A stretch of DNA of 64,000 nt from positions 544,001 to 608,000 of the forward strand of contig CAVVMW010000001.1 in the NCBI GenBank assembly GCA_963749495.1, written 5' to 3'. Position 1 is the first letter of the stretch, and each line of letters starts with the position of its first letter. The position numbers were made by a program, and so were the translations under genes. The notes under the pieces are model-generated. The model saw nothing but the letters and a program-made list of their open reading frames with translations. It was not told where the DNA came from and made no database searches. Shown here one piece after another: positions 20,517 to 29,303 of the stretch. This DNA is from an uncultured bacterium (GTDB lineage Bacteria; Verrucomicrobiota; Verrucomicrobiia; Limisphaerales; UBA8199).

Positions 20517-20784
20517 GGGGCGATTAAAACTGTCGGTCAGCTCACGGCGCCTATTTGCCCCGACGGGGCTTCCGACAATAGCCCGGCGTTTCAACGCCGG
20601 GTGAGCGGACCCAAGGAGCAGGTCCGTCCCGGAGGGACGGCTGAAAGCAAGGAGTGTTTTCAGTCGTCCCTTCGGGACGAAGGTCCCTTTTGCGGCCTCC
20701 CCGGCGTTGAAACGCCGGGCTATTCTCAGATGTCCCTCCGGGACAAAACTCCCGAGGCGCATGCCCGACGCTTTTAATCGCACC
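20517..20784. repeat. MITE/REPIN-like element, inverted copy of 4821-5087
   Basis: Same terminal repeats and internal hairpins. Confidence 0.85.
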
Positions 20785-20813
20785 CGGCCGCGTCTCCCGC
20801 GCCCACCGCTCGA

Positions 20814-21716
20814 TCAGGCCTCGGCCAGCACGCGGTTGATGCGCAGGATGGCCTCGTCGACCTTGTCGATGCTCTTCAAACCGATGACGATGGCGCTGAG
20901 CTCGGGACGGGACATAGCGAAGCGGATGGACTTCTCGCGGTCGCTCGCGTCGGTGAAATCGCCGTTGCCGATGATCTTCATGCCGATGACGCCGCGGCCC
21001 TTGGCGCGCATGGTCTTGAGTTCGGCCAGGACCGGCTCAATGTCGTTGCCGGTCGCGTTCCAGTCCTGGGTCATGCCATCGATGTGCTTGGCCTGGGGAT
21101 TGACCCGCACCAGGTGCACCTCCGTCCACGAGGAGGCGGCCGCCGCGCGCAGGGCCGGCAGGCTGTGGCAGGAAACGCCCTTGGCCCGAATCCATTTCTT
21201 GTCCTTGGCCTGGTCGAACGCGTCCATAATGCGCTTCCATTCATCGGTCCAGCCGTCCTTGACCATGCAATGGATGAGCATGCTGTCCACATAATCGGTG
21301 TCGAAGACCTTGCGGTGTTTGTCGATGGCCGCGAGCGCGTCCTCGGGCTTGCCGCCGATCTTGGACTGGATGAAGAGCTTCTCGCGAGGCAGGCCCTTGA
21401 TCGCTCCGCCCAGCCATTGGAACGTGGCATAGCCTTGGGCGCAATCGAAGTAGGTGATGCCCTGGTCATAGGCGTAGTGGATGAGTTTGTTGAAGCCCTC
21501 CCGGCCCAGGGCCTCCTGCACGTGCCCGCTGTTGGTGCCGGCGCCGAAACCGAGCCGGCTCAGCTTGAGACCGGTGTTGCCGAGCGTGACCTGGTCGGTC
21601 GCCGTGCGCTTGGCGGCTTGCTGGGCCAATGCATCGTGCGAGGCCAGCCAGAGCCCGCCGGCGGCGGCGACGGACCGTTCCAGGAATTGGCGGCGGCTGA
21701 GGAGAGAAGTCTTCAT
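20814..21716 (-). CDS. Aldo/keto reductase with a Tat signal
   Basis: SRRQFL Tat motif; LGNTGLKLSRLGFG, GITYFDCAQGY, TDYVD, GVSCH. Confidence 0.9.
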   Translation of the reverse strand: MKTSLLSRRQFLERSVAAAGGLWLASHDALAQQAAKRTATDQVTLGNTGLKLSRLGFGAGTNSGHVQEALGREGFNKLIHYAYDQGITYFDCAQGYATFQWLGGAIKGLPREKLFIQSKIGGKPEDALAAIDKHRKVFDTDYVDSMLIHCMVKDGWTDEWKRIMDAFDQAKDKKWIRAKGVSCHSLPALRAAAASSWTEVHLVRVNPQAKHIDGMTQDWNATGNDIEPVLAELKTMRAKGRGVIGMKIIGNGDFTDASDREKSIRFAMSRPELSAIVIGLKSIDKVDEAILRINRVLAEA

Positions 21717-22114
21717 GTTGATACTCCGTTGAGCGAGGTTATAAAACGGCTGCACTGTTTGATTCAGGCATCACGGCCTCCAATGTACCAGGCCAATGCG
21801 CCACAGTCAACAGGAGCGGAGTGAATGCGGAGTGAGGAGTGGGGGAATGACGAATGACGAATGACGAATGACGAATGACGAAGCGGCGGGGCGGTGTCGG
21901 GATGCACCCAGTGCGGAGTGCGGAGTGCGGAGTGCGGAATGGGGGAATGACGAATGACGAATGACGAATGACGAATGACGAAGCGGCGGGGCGGTGGCGC
22001 AGCGCAGGTTTCCAAACACGGAACACACGGAAAAGGCCCGTTCCGTGTGTTCCGTGTGTTCCGTGGTTAAAAAAACGCTTTGCCCCGCCTGTCGTTTTGG
22101 GGCGTAATCACGGC

Positions 22115-23815
22115 ATGAACTCTCGAACAGGGCGGATAGCGGCGGTGCTCTTGGGAATGGGCCTTTGGAATGGAGGCGGCGCACCCTCGGGCAGCGGCGC
22201 CCAGGCCCCGGCAGAGGCCCCGCGCGCGCGCGAGTTGACCGTCGAGAAGCGTTACCTGAATTTGCCGGTGAAAAACGGCGCGCCCGGCCGCCACCTGAGC
22301 TTCCTGGCCGAAGGCCGCGCGGCGCGGGAGTTCGACATCGAACTGGCCGACGGCGCGCCGGACTGGTGGGCATTCATGGACCTGGGGCCGTTCAAGGGCC
22401 AACGCGCGGTCATCCGGGTGAGCAAGCTGCCGGAAGGCTCCTCCGCGCTGGAGGCCATCGAGCAGGCCGATGCGATCCGGGACGCCGCCAGTCTCTACCG
22501 GGAGCGGCTGCGCCCGCAATTCCACTTCTCGTCGCGCCGGGGCTGGAACAATGACCCGAACGGGCTGGTCTTCTACAAGGGCGAGTATCATTTGTTTTAC
22601 CAGCACAATCCCTACGGGTGGAGCTGGGGCAACATGCATTGGGGCCACGCGGTGAGCCCGGACCTGGTCCATTGGGCGGAGCTGCCCATCGCCCTCTACC
22701 CGGATGAACACGGCACGATGTTCTCGGGCTCGGCGGTGGTGGACTGGGAGAACAGCGCGGGCTTTCAGACGGGCGACGAAAAGGCCCTGGTCTGCATCTT
22801 CACGGCTGCCGGCCAGCCCTTTACGCAAGGGCTGGCCTTCAGCAACGACCGGGGACGGACCTGGACCAAGTACGGGAACAACCCCGTGCTGCCACACATC
22901 ATCGGCGCCAACCGCGACCCCAAAGTAATCTGGTGTGCGCCCGCCGGCAGATGGATCATGGCGCTGTTCCTGGACAAGGATACCTACGCCCTCTTCAGCT
23001 CGCCCGACCTCAAGCATTGGGAGCGGCTCAGCGATGTCCCATTCCCCGGCACTTCGGAATGCCCCGAGTTCTTCCAAATCCCCCTCGACGGCAGCCGCCA
23101 GAACACACGCTGGGTCTTCTACGGAGGCAACGGACGCTACATGCTCGGCGCCTTCGACGGCAAGGCCTTCACGCCGCAATCCGGGCCGCACGCGCTCAAC
23201 GCGGGCAACTGTTTCTATGCCTCGCAAACCTATACCGACATCCCGGCCTCCGACGGCCGCCGCATCCTCATCCCCTGGGGGCAGATCGCCCTGCCGGGCA
23301 TGCCCTTCAACCAGATGATGGGCCTGCCGGTAGTGTTGACCTTGCACACCACCGCGGAGGGCTTGCGGCTCTGGGCCAACCCCGTCAAAGAATTGGAGTC
23401 GCTGCGCGCCGAGCATCGTGCCTGGCCCTCGCAGCCGCTCAGGCCGGGCGCCAACCCGCTCGACGGTGTCAAGGCCCAGTTGGTGGAAATCCAGGCCGAG
23501 ATCGCCCCGGGCCAGGCCACCCAATGGGGCTTCAACCTGCACGGTGTGCCTTTGACTTATGATGTCCGCAAGGAAGAATTGGCCTGCCAGAACAAAACGG
23601 CGCGCCTGGCGCCCGTGGACGGGGCCGTCCGCCTCCACATCCTGGTGGACCGCGTAGCGATTGACATCTTTGGCAACGACGGGGCCCTCTACATGCCGAT
23701 GGGGGTCATCGTGCCGCAGGAGGATGATTCGCTCGAGTTGTTTGCGCGCGGCGGCGAGGCGAAGCTCCGTTCGCTCGAGGTGCATGCCCTGAAATCCGCG
23801 TGGCCGCGCACTTGA
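22115..23815 (+). CDS. Glycoside hydrolase family 32 (levanase/beta-fructofuranosidase)
   Basis: WNNDPNG, WGHAVS, FSGSAV, RDP, ECP and FYASQ motifs; signal peptide. Confidence 0.93.
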   Translation: MNSRTGRIAAVLLGMGLWNGGGAPSGSGAQAPAEAPRARELTVEKRYLNLPVKNGAPGRHLSFLAEGRAAREFDIELADGAPDWWAFMDLGPFKGQRAVIRVSKLPEGSSALEAIEQADAIRDAASLYRERLRPQFHFSSRRGWNNDPNGLVFYKGEYHLFYQHNPYGWSWGNMHWGHAVSPDLVHWAELPIALYPDEHGTMFSGSAVVDWENSAGFQTGDEKALVCIFTAAGQPFTQGLAFSNDRGRTWTKYGNNPVLPHIIGANRDPKVIWCAPAGRWIMALFLDKDTYALFSSPDLKHWERLSDVPFPGTSECPEFFQIPLDGSRQNTRWVFYGGNGRYMLGAFDGKAFTPQSGPHALNAGNCFYASQTYTDIPASDGRRILIPWGQIALPGMPFNQMMGLPVVLTLHTTAEGLRLWANPVKELESLRAEHRAWPSQPLRPGANPLDGVKAQLVEIQAEIAPGQATQWGFNLHGVPLTYDVRKEELACQNKTARLAPVDGAVRLHILVDRVAIDIFGNDGALYMPMGVIVPQEDDSLELFARGGEAKLRSLEVHALKSAWPRT

Positions 23816-23875
23816 GTCCGGGCGCCAGCAACACCTGCGCGGAGCCTGCGCGGAGGGCCTGGGAAAAGGAGAACT

Positions 23876-23952
23876 TCGTCGCAACCTTTGTCGCAACCTT
23901 TGTCGCAACCTTTGTCGAAGAATGGCCGAACCGACAAAGGTTGCGACAAAGG
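23876..23952. repeat. CCTTTGTCGCAA dodecamer tandem/inverted repeat family; also ~28278-28430, 31656-31760, 35201-35281, 39650-39720, 48686-48771, 62521-62600
   Basis: Tandem CCTTTGTCGCAA followed by inverted CGACAAAGGTTG. Confidence 0.9.
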
Positions 23953-24006
23953 CGCGAAATGGTGAGGCGGGTCATGAGCGAGCCAGACCCAATTAATCGA
24001 CGATCC

Positions 24007-24067
24007 GGGGTCACATCTCAACATTTGACATTTGTCTGACAAATGTCAAATGTTGAGATGTGACCCC
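24007..24067. repeat. Perfect 30-bp-stem inverted repeat between convergent transcription units
   Basis: GGGGTCACATCTCAACATTTGACATTTGTC-T-GACAAATGTCAAATGTTGAGATGTGACCCC. Confidence 0.9.
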
Positions 24068-24253
24068 TACCCCTAAATGTTGGGATCTGACCCCTCCGCG
24101 CCCGCTCGGCGCGCCTGGGCGCCAGGGGCGCCAGCGTAGCGCGGGTTTCCAAACCCGCAGGCCGTCCGCAAACCGGGGGCGCTCGACATGCCGACGCCCT
24201 GCCGATTGGAAATCGGCGATACAGCAGGTTTGGAAACCTGCGCTACAACTTTG

Positions 24254-24532
24254 TCAACGGCCCTCAGAGAGATCTGACCCCTCCGCGTCCGGCTCGCACG
24301 CCAGCTCGATGACATGGCCGCAGGGGCATTGGATGGTGATGCGCGTGACGCGGTCGCCGTCGCGTTCGAGCGTGAGCGTGGGTTCTGGGGCGGCGCAAGG
24401 CGAAGAGGACAGCGCCGCCAGGGGCCGGAACGGGGCGCCGCCCTGCGGTTGGGCGGCGGCTTTGCCGGCGTTTGCGCGGCCCGGCGGGCTGGCGCGCAGC
24501 GAGAGGCTCAGAGGCACAAAGCCGTGGTTCAT
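24254..24532 (-). CDS. Small hypothetical protein (CxC..C motif) at the end of the flagellar operon
   Basis: ATGA overlap with the motB stop; GDRVTRITIQCPCGHVIELAC. Confidence 0.6.
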   Translation of the reverse strand: MNHGFVPLSLSLRASPPGRANAGKAAAQPQGGAPFRPLAALSSSPCAAPEPTLTLERDGDRVTRITIQCPCGHVIELACEPDAEGSDLSEGR

Positions 24533-25304
24533 GGAGAGGTGGAAGCGGTGCTGAGGGCGTTGGTTGCGCGCTCGCCAAGGGGCTCGCCCTCCTGGAACCT
24601 GAGCAAGACCGAGACGCGCCGGTTGACTTCGTTGGTGGGGGCTGTGTTCTCCATCGGATAGAGGTCGCCACGGCCGCAGACCTGATAGATCTGATTCGGG
24701 GCAACGCCGTGCTGGATGAGCTTGCGGCGGGCTGCGTTGGCTCGGTCGGCTGACAACTCCCAGGGTCCATAGTCTGCCCGGATGGCCGGCCGCTGGCCTC
24801 GGTGTGGCCGGACAATTGGAGTGTGAAATCGGGGTAGCGGCCCACCTCCCAGGCCAGCGTCGAAAAGACCCACGCGCCGTACGGGGTGAAGCTGGCGCTT
24901 TGCGGCTCGAAGATCGGCTTATGGGAGGAATCGAAGACATTGATGAGGAGGCCCTCGGAGGTGACCTGGTAGCGGACCGATTCCTGGCTCTGCGGGTCCT
25001 GCTGGAGGAGTTTGGCCAGGTCCTCGGTGAGGCGGCGCAGCAACTCCAGGTGAAGGGCCGTGGCCGAATCGTACCGCCCCTTGGCCTCCTTGAGCGCCTG
25101 CACGTCCTTTGCGGGGTTGGGGATAATGCCGACCGATTCCTTGCTGATCGAAGAGAACGGATTGCGGAAGGCCCGTTCGATGGCCTCTTTGATCTTGCTG
25201 TCCTGCGCGGTCAGCCAAAGGACCAGAAACAGGGCCATCATGGCGGTAACAAAGTCCGCGTAGGCCACTTTCCACGATCCGCCATGATGTTTATGACGAG
25301 ACAT
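24529..25304 (-). CDS. motB: Flagellar motor protein MotB (frameshift near 24780)
   Basis: HHGGSWKVAYADFVTAMMALFLVLW; OmpA-like GHT, WELSADRANAARR, NRRV. Confidence 0.92.
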
Positions 25305-25310
25305 TAGTTA

Positions 25311-25445
25311 AGTCCACAGTCCACAGTCCACAGTCCACAGTCCACAGTCCACAGTCCAGAGTCCACAGTCCACAGTCCACAGTCCACAGTCCACAGTCCA
25401 CAGTCCACAGTCCAGAGTCCACAGTCCAGAGTCCACAGTCCACAG
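25311..25445. repeat. GTCCACA heptamer tandem array (also 56487-56553); related heptamer arrays TCGTCAT at 5913-5945, 10397-10434, 21847-21980 and CCGCACT at 35344-35402
   Basis: About 19 direct units between motA and motB. Confidence 0.95.
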
Positions 25446-25448
25446 CGG

Positions 25449-26321
25449 TCACTTCTTGGCCAGGTGGGCATTGAGCGGTTTGAGCATGGCCTCCAGTTCT
25501 TCGGCCTTGGGGCGCAGTTCGTCGGCCAGGCTGCGCCGGGCAATCTCCACCGCCATTCCCGGGGCCATGCCGGAGGCGAAGCTCACCACCGCTGCCGAGA
25601 CGCACCGGAAATAGGCCAGGCGCTCCAGGACGTTGAATTCCATATTGACCGCCAGGGGGTCAGGAACCCGTAGCCCAGAAAGATGCCCAGGAAGGTCCCG
25701 ACCAGGGCGCCGGCCACTTTGACGCCGATTTGCTCGATGGGACCGGCGATGGAGGCCATGGTGATGACGATGCCGAGGACGGCGGCGACGATGCCAAACC
25801 CGGGCATCGCGTCGGCACAGCGGCTGAGCACGCCGATGGGGGCATGGGACTCCTCTTCCATGCGGTCGAGGTCTGTTTGGAGCAACTGGCGCAACTGGTC
25901 GGGCTTGACGCGCCCATCGATGACGGGCCGCAAGGCGCCGCAGAGGAACTCCAGGGCGGCGGCGTTCTGGAGGACGCTGGGGTAGCGCTGGAAGATGGCG
26001 CTGGCAGCGGGGCTGGTCAGATGCTTCTTCAAGCGCGATGAGGCCATTGCGGCGGCCGAGCAGGAACAACTCGTAAAGCATCTTGAAGAGGTCCTCGTAA
26101 GAGGCGCGCCGGTAGGGCGGGCCCTTGAGCACGCTGAAGGTCTGCGAGATCAGGCCAACGAGGACCTTTCTCGGGGCCATGATGATCGTGGCGCCCAGGG
26201 CCGCGCCGCCGATGATCAGCAGCTCGTTGGCGTGCATCAAGGTCGTCATGCGGCCGCCGCCCCAGATGAATCCGCCGGCGACCGACACGATGACAATCAG
26301 GGCGCCGAAAAAGACAATCAT
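25449..26321 (-). CDS. motA: Flagellar motor stator MotA (two frameshifts)
   Basis: ELLIIGGAALG, ADAMPGFGIVAAVLGIVITM, GALVGTFLGIFLGYG, AVEIARR. Confidence 0.92.
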   Translation of the reverse strand: MIVFFGALIVIVSVAGGFIWGGGRMTTLMHANELLIIGGAALGATIIMAPRKVLVGLISQTFSVLKGPPYRRASYEDLFKMLYELFLLGRRNGLIALEEASDQPRCQRHLPALPQRPPERRRPGVPLRRLAARHRWARQARPVAPVAPNRPRPHGRGVPCPHRRAQPLCRRDARVWHRRRRPRHRHHHGLHRRSHRANRRQSGRRPGRDLPGHLSGLRVPDPLAVNMEFNVLERLAYFRCVSAAVVSFASGMAPGMAVEIARRSLADELRPKAEELEAMLKPLNAHLAKK

Positions 26322-27163
26322 GGCTGCGCCTCGACGTGGCTGCTCAAGGCCCGGGCCTCCTGCCGTTCGATGAAGGAGCGAATGGCCAGGATGGCCTGGG
26401 AGTGGATTTGCGAGATGCGGGATTCGGTTAGCCCGAAGGCCTCGGCGATCTCCCGCAGGCGCAGGTCTTCGAAATAGTAAAGGGCCAGCACCTTCTGCTG
26501 GATGGCCGGCAGTTGGCGGATGCGTCGGGCGATGAGTTCCTTGAGTTCGGCGCGGACAGCGTTTTCGCAAGGGTTCTCCTGCGCCTCGTCGGCGATGCTG
26601 TCATGGGGCATGGCGCCGTCTTGCCCGCCATGGTGGGTGACGGCGTCCAGGCAAACGAAGGCGACGGGGCGGACCTCCTCCAGCCAGCAGTGGTAGGCCT
26701 CCAGCGAGAGGCCCAGGCCCTTGGCCATTTCCGGGTCGGTGGGCGGCCGGCCCAGGCGCTGTTCCAGGTCGGCCAGGGCATTCTGGATCTTCCGGGCCTT
26801 GTCGTGGACCAGGCGCGGCACCCAATCCATGCGGCGCAGCTCATCCAGGACCGCCCCGCGGATGCGGAACCGGGCGAAGGTCTCGAACGAAGCGCCGCCC
26901 CGCGGGCTGAAAGCGCGAATGGACTGGAGCAACCCCACCAGCCCGGCGCTGTAGAGGTCCTCGGCGCTCACGTGCGCCGGCAGGGTCATCGCCAGCCGTC
27001 CCACCACCGTGCGCACCAGCGGCAGGTATCGCTCGACCAGGGCATTCTCCAGGCCCGCATCGCCGTGCGTGCGGTGATAGCGTTGCCACAATTCCTGCGG
27101 CGCCGGGCGAGGAACCTCCTCGGCCGGTGCTACAGCCGTCTCCACGGAAGCGTCAGCGATCAT
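26318..27163 (-). CDS. fliA: Sigma factor FliA/WhiG (sigma28)
   Basis: YLPLVR, DLYSAGLVGL, RIRGAVLDELRRMDWVPR, LTESRISQIHSQA. Confidence 0.95.
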   Translation of the reverse strand: MIADASVETAVAPAEEVPRPAPQELWQRYHRTHGDAGLENALVERYLPLVRTVVGRLAMTLPAHVSAEDLYSAGLVGLLQSIRAFSPRGGASFETFARFRIRGAVLDELRRMDWVPRLVHDKARKIQNALADLEQRLGRPPTDPEMAKGLGLSLEAYHCWLEEVRPVAFVCLDAVTHHGGQDGAMPHDSIADEAQENPCENAVRAELKELIARRIRQLPAIQQKVLALYYFEDLRLREIAEAFGLTESRISQIHSQAILAIRSFIERQEARALSSHVEAQP

Positions 27164-27408
27164 TTCTTGAATGGGGATGCGGACGATGTCTGCTGGCGGG
27201 CGGCCAACTCGGCGGCGCGGCGTTCCAGGAGCGAGGCCGCCAGCCCGCGCACCCATACGCGTGTCCACCAGCGCATCAGCAGCCCTAAACCGGCTGCCGC
27301 CGCGCAGGCGCGCCAGAGCATCGCCGGCCATTCGCACCGCCCCATGTACCCCAGCGCCAGACCGAGACAGAAACCAATAATCGCCCCGCAGAGCATCAAC
27401 GTTTTCAT
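27160..27408 (-). CDS. Small two-TM membrane protein upstream of fliA
   Basis: Hydrophobic 82-aa ORF; ATGA overlap with fliA. Confidence 0.65.
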   Translation of the reverse strand: MKTLMLCGAIIGFCLGLALGYMGRCEWPAMLWRACAAAAGLGLLMRWWTRVWVRGLAASLLERRAAELAARQQTSSASPFKK

Positions 27409-27435
27409 TCCACCGGCCGTTCGTCAGAGATTCTC

Positions 27436-27452
27436 AGCAAGGCACTTGCCAA
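27436..27452 (-). promoter_or_regulatory. Sigma54 -24/-12 promoter for orf-fliA-motAB
   Basis: TTGGCAAGTGCCTTGCT (GG-N10-GC), 28 bp before the ATG. Confidence 0.65.
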
Positions 27453-27479
27453 GCGCCTGGGTTTTGGCAAAGACCCGGT

Positions 27480-29303
27480 TTATTGGCCAACCAGCAACTC
27501 GGGGGTCGCCAGGACCAGGTCTCCCGGAACATTTTGCCCACCCGCCAGAAGGCGCACCGTGAATTTTGTGCCGAGTATGAAGTTCCATAGTTTTCCCGTT
27601 CGTTTCTCCTCGTCCAGGTGAGTGAAAATCAGGCCGGCGATGGGCCAGGCCTCGAAGACGCGGGCTTGGGCCAGGAGCACGGGCAAGTCGTAAGCCGCGT
27701 TGAGCACCAAGTGGACCTGCGCCCCGGCCAAGCCCACCAATTGCGCCTGCAACTGCTCCAGCGCAGTGCTATCCTGAGGATTGACCCCCGGCAGATCGAT
27801 GAAGGCATCGTCGCAGCCCTCCAGGCCGGCGTCGCCGCTCCATTCGCGCTCGACCCGCGCACCCAGGATTTCGGCGTAGAAATCCAGCAGGCCGGGGAAA
27901 TTGGCGGCACGGCTGTCCAGCCGCCAGACCTTGGCGGTGCGCGCCCCGCCCAGGACGCATTGGGCCAGCCACTTGCAGAGCACGGTGGTCTTGCCCGAAC
28001 CGGGCGGGCCGATGAAGGCCCGGATGGCAGGCGGACCCTTGGGGAGCGCGGGCGGCGGAGTCCAAAAACTGGACAGTGCCGCTCGAGTCAGGGCGAGTTC
28101 CTCCGCAAAGGCGGCGGGTGGCGCCTCCCCGTGCCTGGATCGGGCCCGTTGCAGGACCTTCTCCACCAACAACGGCTGCAAGCCCATCTGGTGCAGCACC
28201 CTGCCGCTGGCCCAGCGGCCACCCAGCCCCGCCGGGCTGTTATCTAGAGCCTGTCCCAAAAACCCCCCGAGTGGGGGACCTTTGTCGCAGCCTTTGTCGA
28301 AACCTTTGCCCTCTGAGTGCTGTGAGATCTGGTGGAAGGGCCCGCAGGGACCTTTGTCGCAGCCTTTGTCGAAACCTTTGCCGGAGCGGCCATTTTTCGG
28401 CAAAGGTGCCGACAAAGGCAGCGACAAAGGTCTGGAATCAGAGCTCTTGGGACAAGCTCTATCTACATCCAACGACACTTGGGGGCTGACGGTGCGGATT
28501 GGCACGGTCTCCGGCACTGGTTTCACGGCGGGGGCAACGCGCACCTTTCCGGTCTTCGACCGCGTGCGGCGGTTGCTCCCTGCCAAATGCGTGGTCCGGC
28601 TCGGAGAACTTCCCTTTCGCGCCGAACGCGCGGTTGAGGCCCTCTTGGCTGGGCGCTGGACAGGGTCGGTTGTGCCGCGGCTTTCGCTGAAGCGGCGGGC
28701 AGCCCGCAAGGTTTTGGACTGCGGCAGTCCTCTGCCGCTTTTTGGATCCTGGGGACGCGAAAGCGGCAGAGGACTGCCGCAGTCCAAAACGCTTCGCGCC
28801 GGGGGACGCTCGTCGGGTCCATGGCCCCCATCCACGATGTCAACATCGTCGAGGCTCTCTCCGTCGGCACGGGCGCATCCCGACACCGCCGCCGGAGCGC
28901 GCCCGTCCCCGGGCGCAGCAGCGACCGAGAGGGAAGGCGCGCCGGGGTGTTTGACCGCTGCCCTGGCTCCGGACATCGCTGCGCCCGAGGACGGGCGCAC
29001 TCCGGTCCGGCCCGCGGCGGTGTGCGCAGTGTCAGGATGCGCCCCGTCGGCGCCGGCCTGGTCGCACGGGCGGGGCGGCGCCTCGTCGGTCGGCGCTTCG
29101 CGGCGAGGTGCGGAAGAGGGCGTGCCAGGTCTCTGCTCAGCCAGAGCGGCGCGAACCTCGAACCGGGGTTTGCTCCAGAGCCGGCCCAGGCCGCGCGCGG
29201 GAATCTTCTGGACGCTCAGCACGACACCCTGCGGGCCCAGGCGGGAGCGGACCTGGCCGAGGGCATCGGCGGCATCACGGGCAATGAATCGCACGACGTT
29301 CAT
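27480..29303 (-). CDS. flhF: Flagellar SRP-family GTPase FlhF, with in-frame repeat insertions
   Basis: N-terminal F.A.D..DAL..VR..LGP..VVLS; GPPGSGKTT, DLPG, THLDE, GQNVPGDL. Confidence 0.85.
   Translation of the reverse strand: MNVVRFIARDAADALGQVRSRLGPQGVVLSVQKIPARGLGRLWSKPRFEVRAALAEQRPGTPSSAPRREAPTDEAPPRPCDQAGADGAHPDTAHTAAGRTGVRPSSGAAMSGARAAVKHPGAPSLSVAAAPGDGRAPAAVSGCARADGESLDDVDIVDGGHGPDERPPARSVLDCGSPLPLSRPQDPKSGRGLPQSKTLRAARRFSESRGTTDPVQRPAKRASTARSARKGSSPSRTTHLAGSNRRTRSKTGKVRVAPAVKPVPETVPIRTVSPQVSLDVDRACPKSSDSRPLSLPLSAPLPKNGRSGKGFDKGCDKGPCGPFHQISQHSEGKGFDKGCDKGPPLGGFLGQALDNSPAGLGGRWASGRVLHQMGLQPLLVEKVLQRARSRHGEAPPAAFAEELALTRAALSSFWTPPPALPKGPPAIRAFIGPPGSGKTTVLCKWLAQCVLGGARTAKVWRLDSRAANFPGLLDFYAEILGARVEREWSGDAGLEGCDDAFIDLPGVNPQDSTALEQLQAQLVGLAGAQVHLVLNAAYDLPVLLAQARVFEAWPIAGLIFTHLDEEKRTGKLWNFILGTKFTVRLLAGGQNVPGDLVLATPELLVGQ
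28871..29044. mobile_element. 174-bp MITE with a 9-bp target duplication inside flhF; inverted copy in fliK at 40771-40944
   Basis: TIR GGGCGCATCCCGACAC / GTGTCAGGATGCGCCC; flanks CGTCGGCAC / CGTCGGCGC. Confidence 0.8.
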
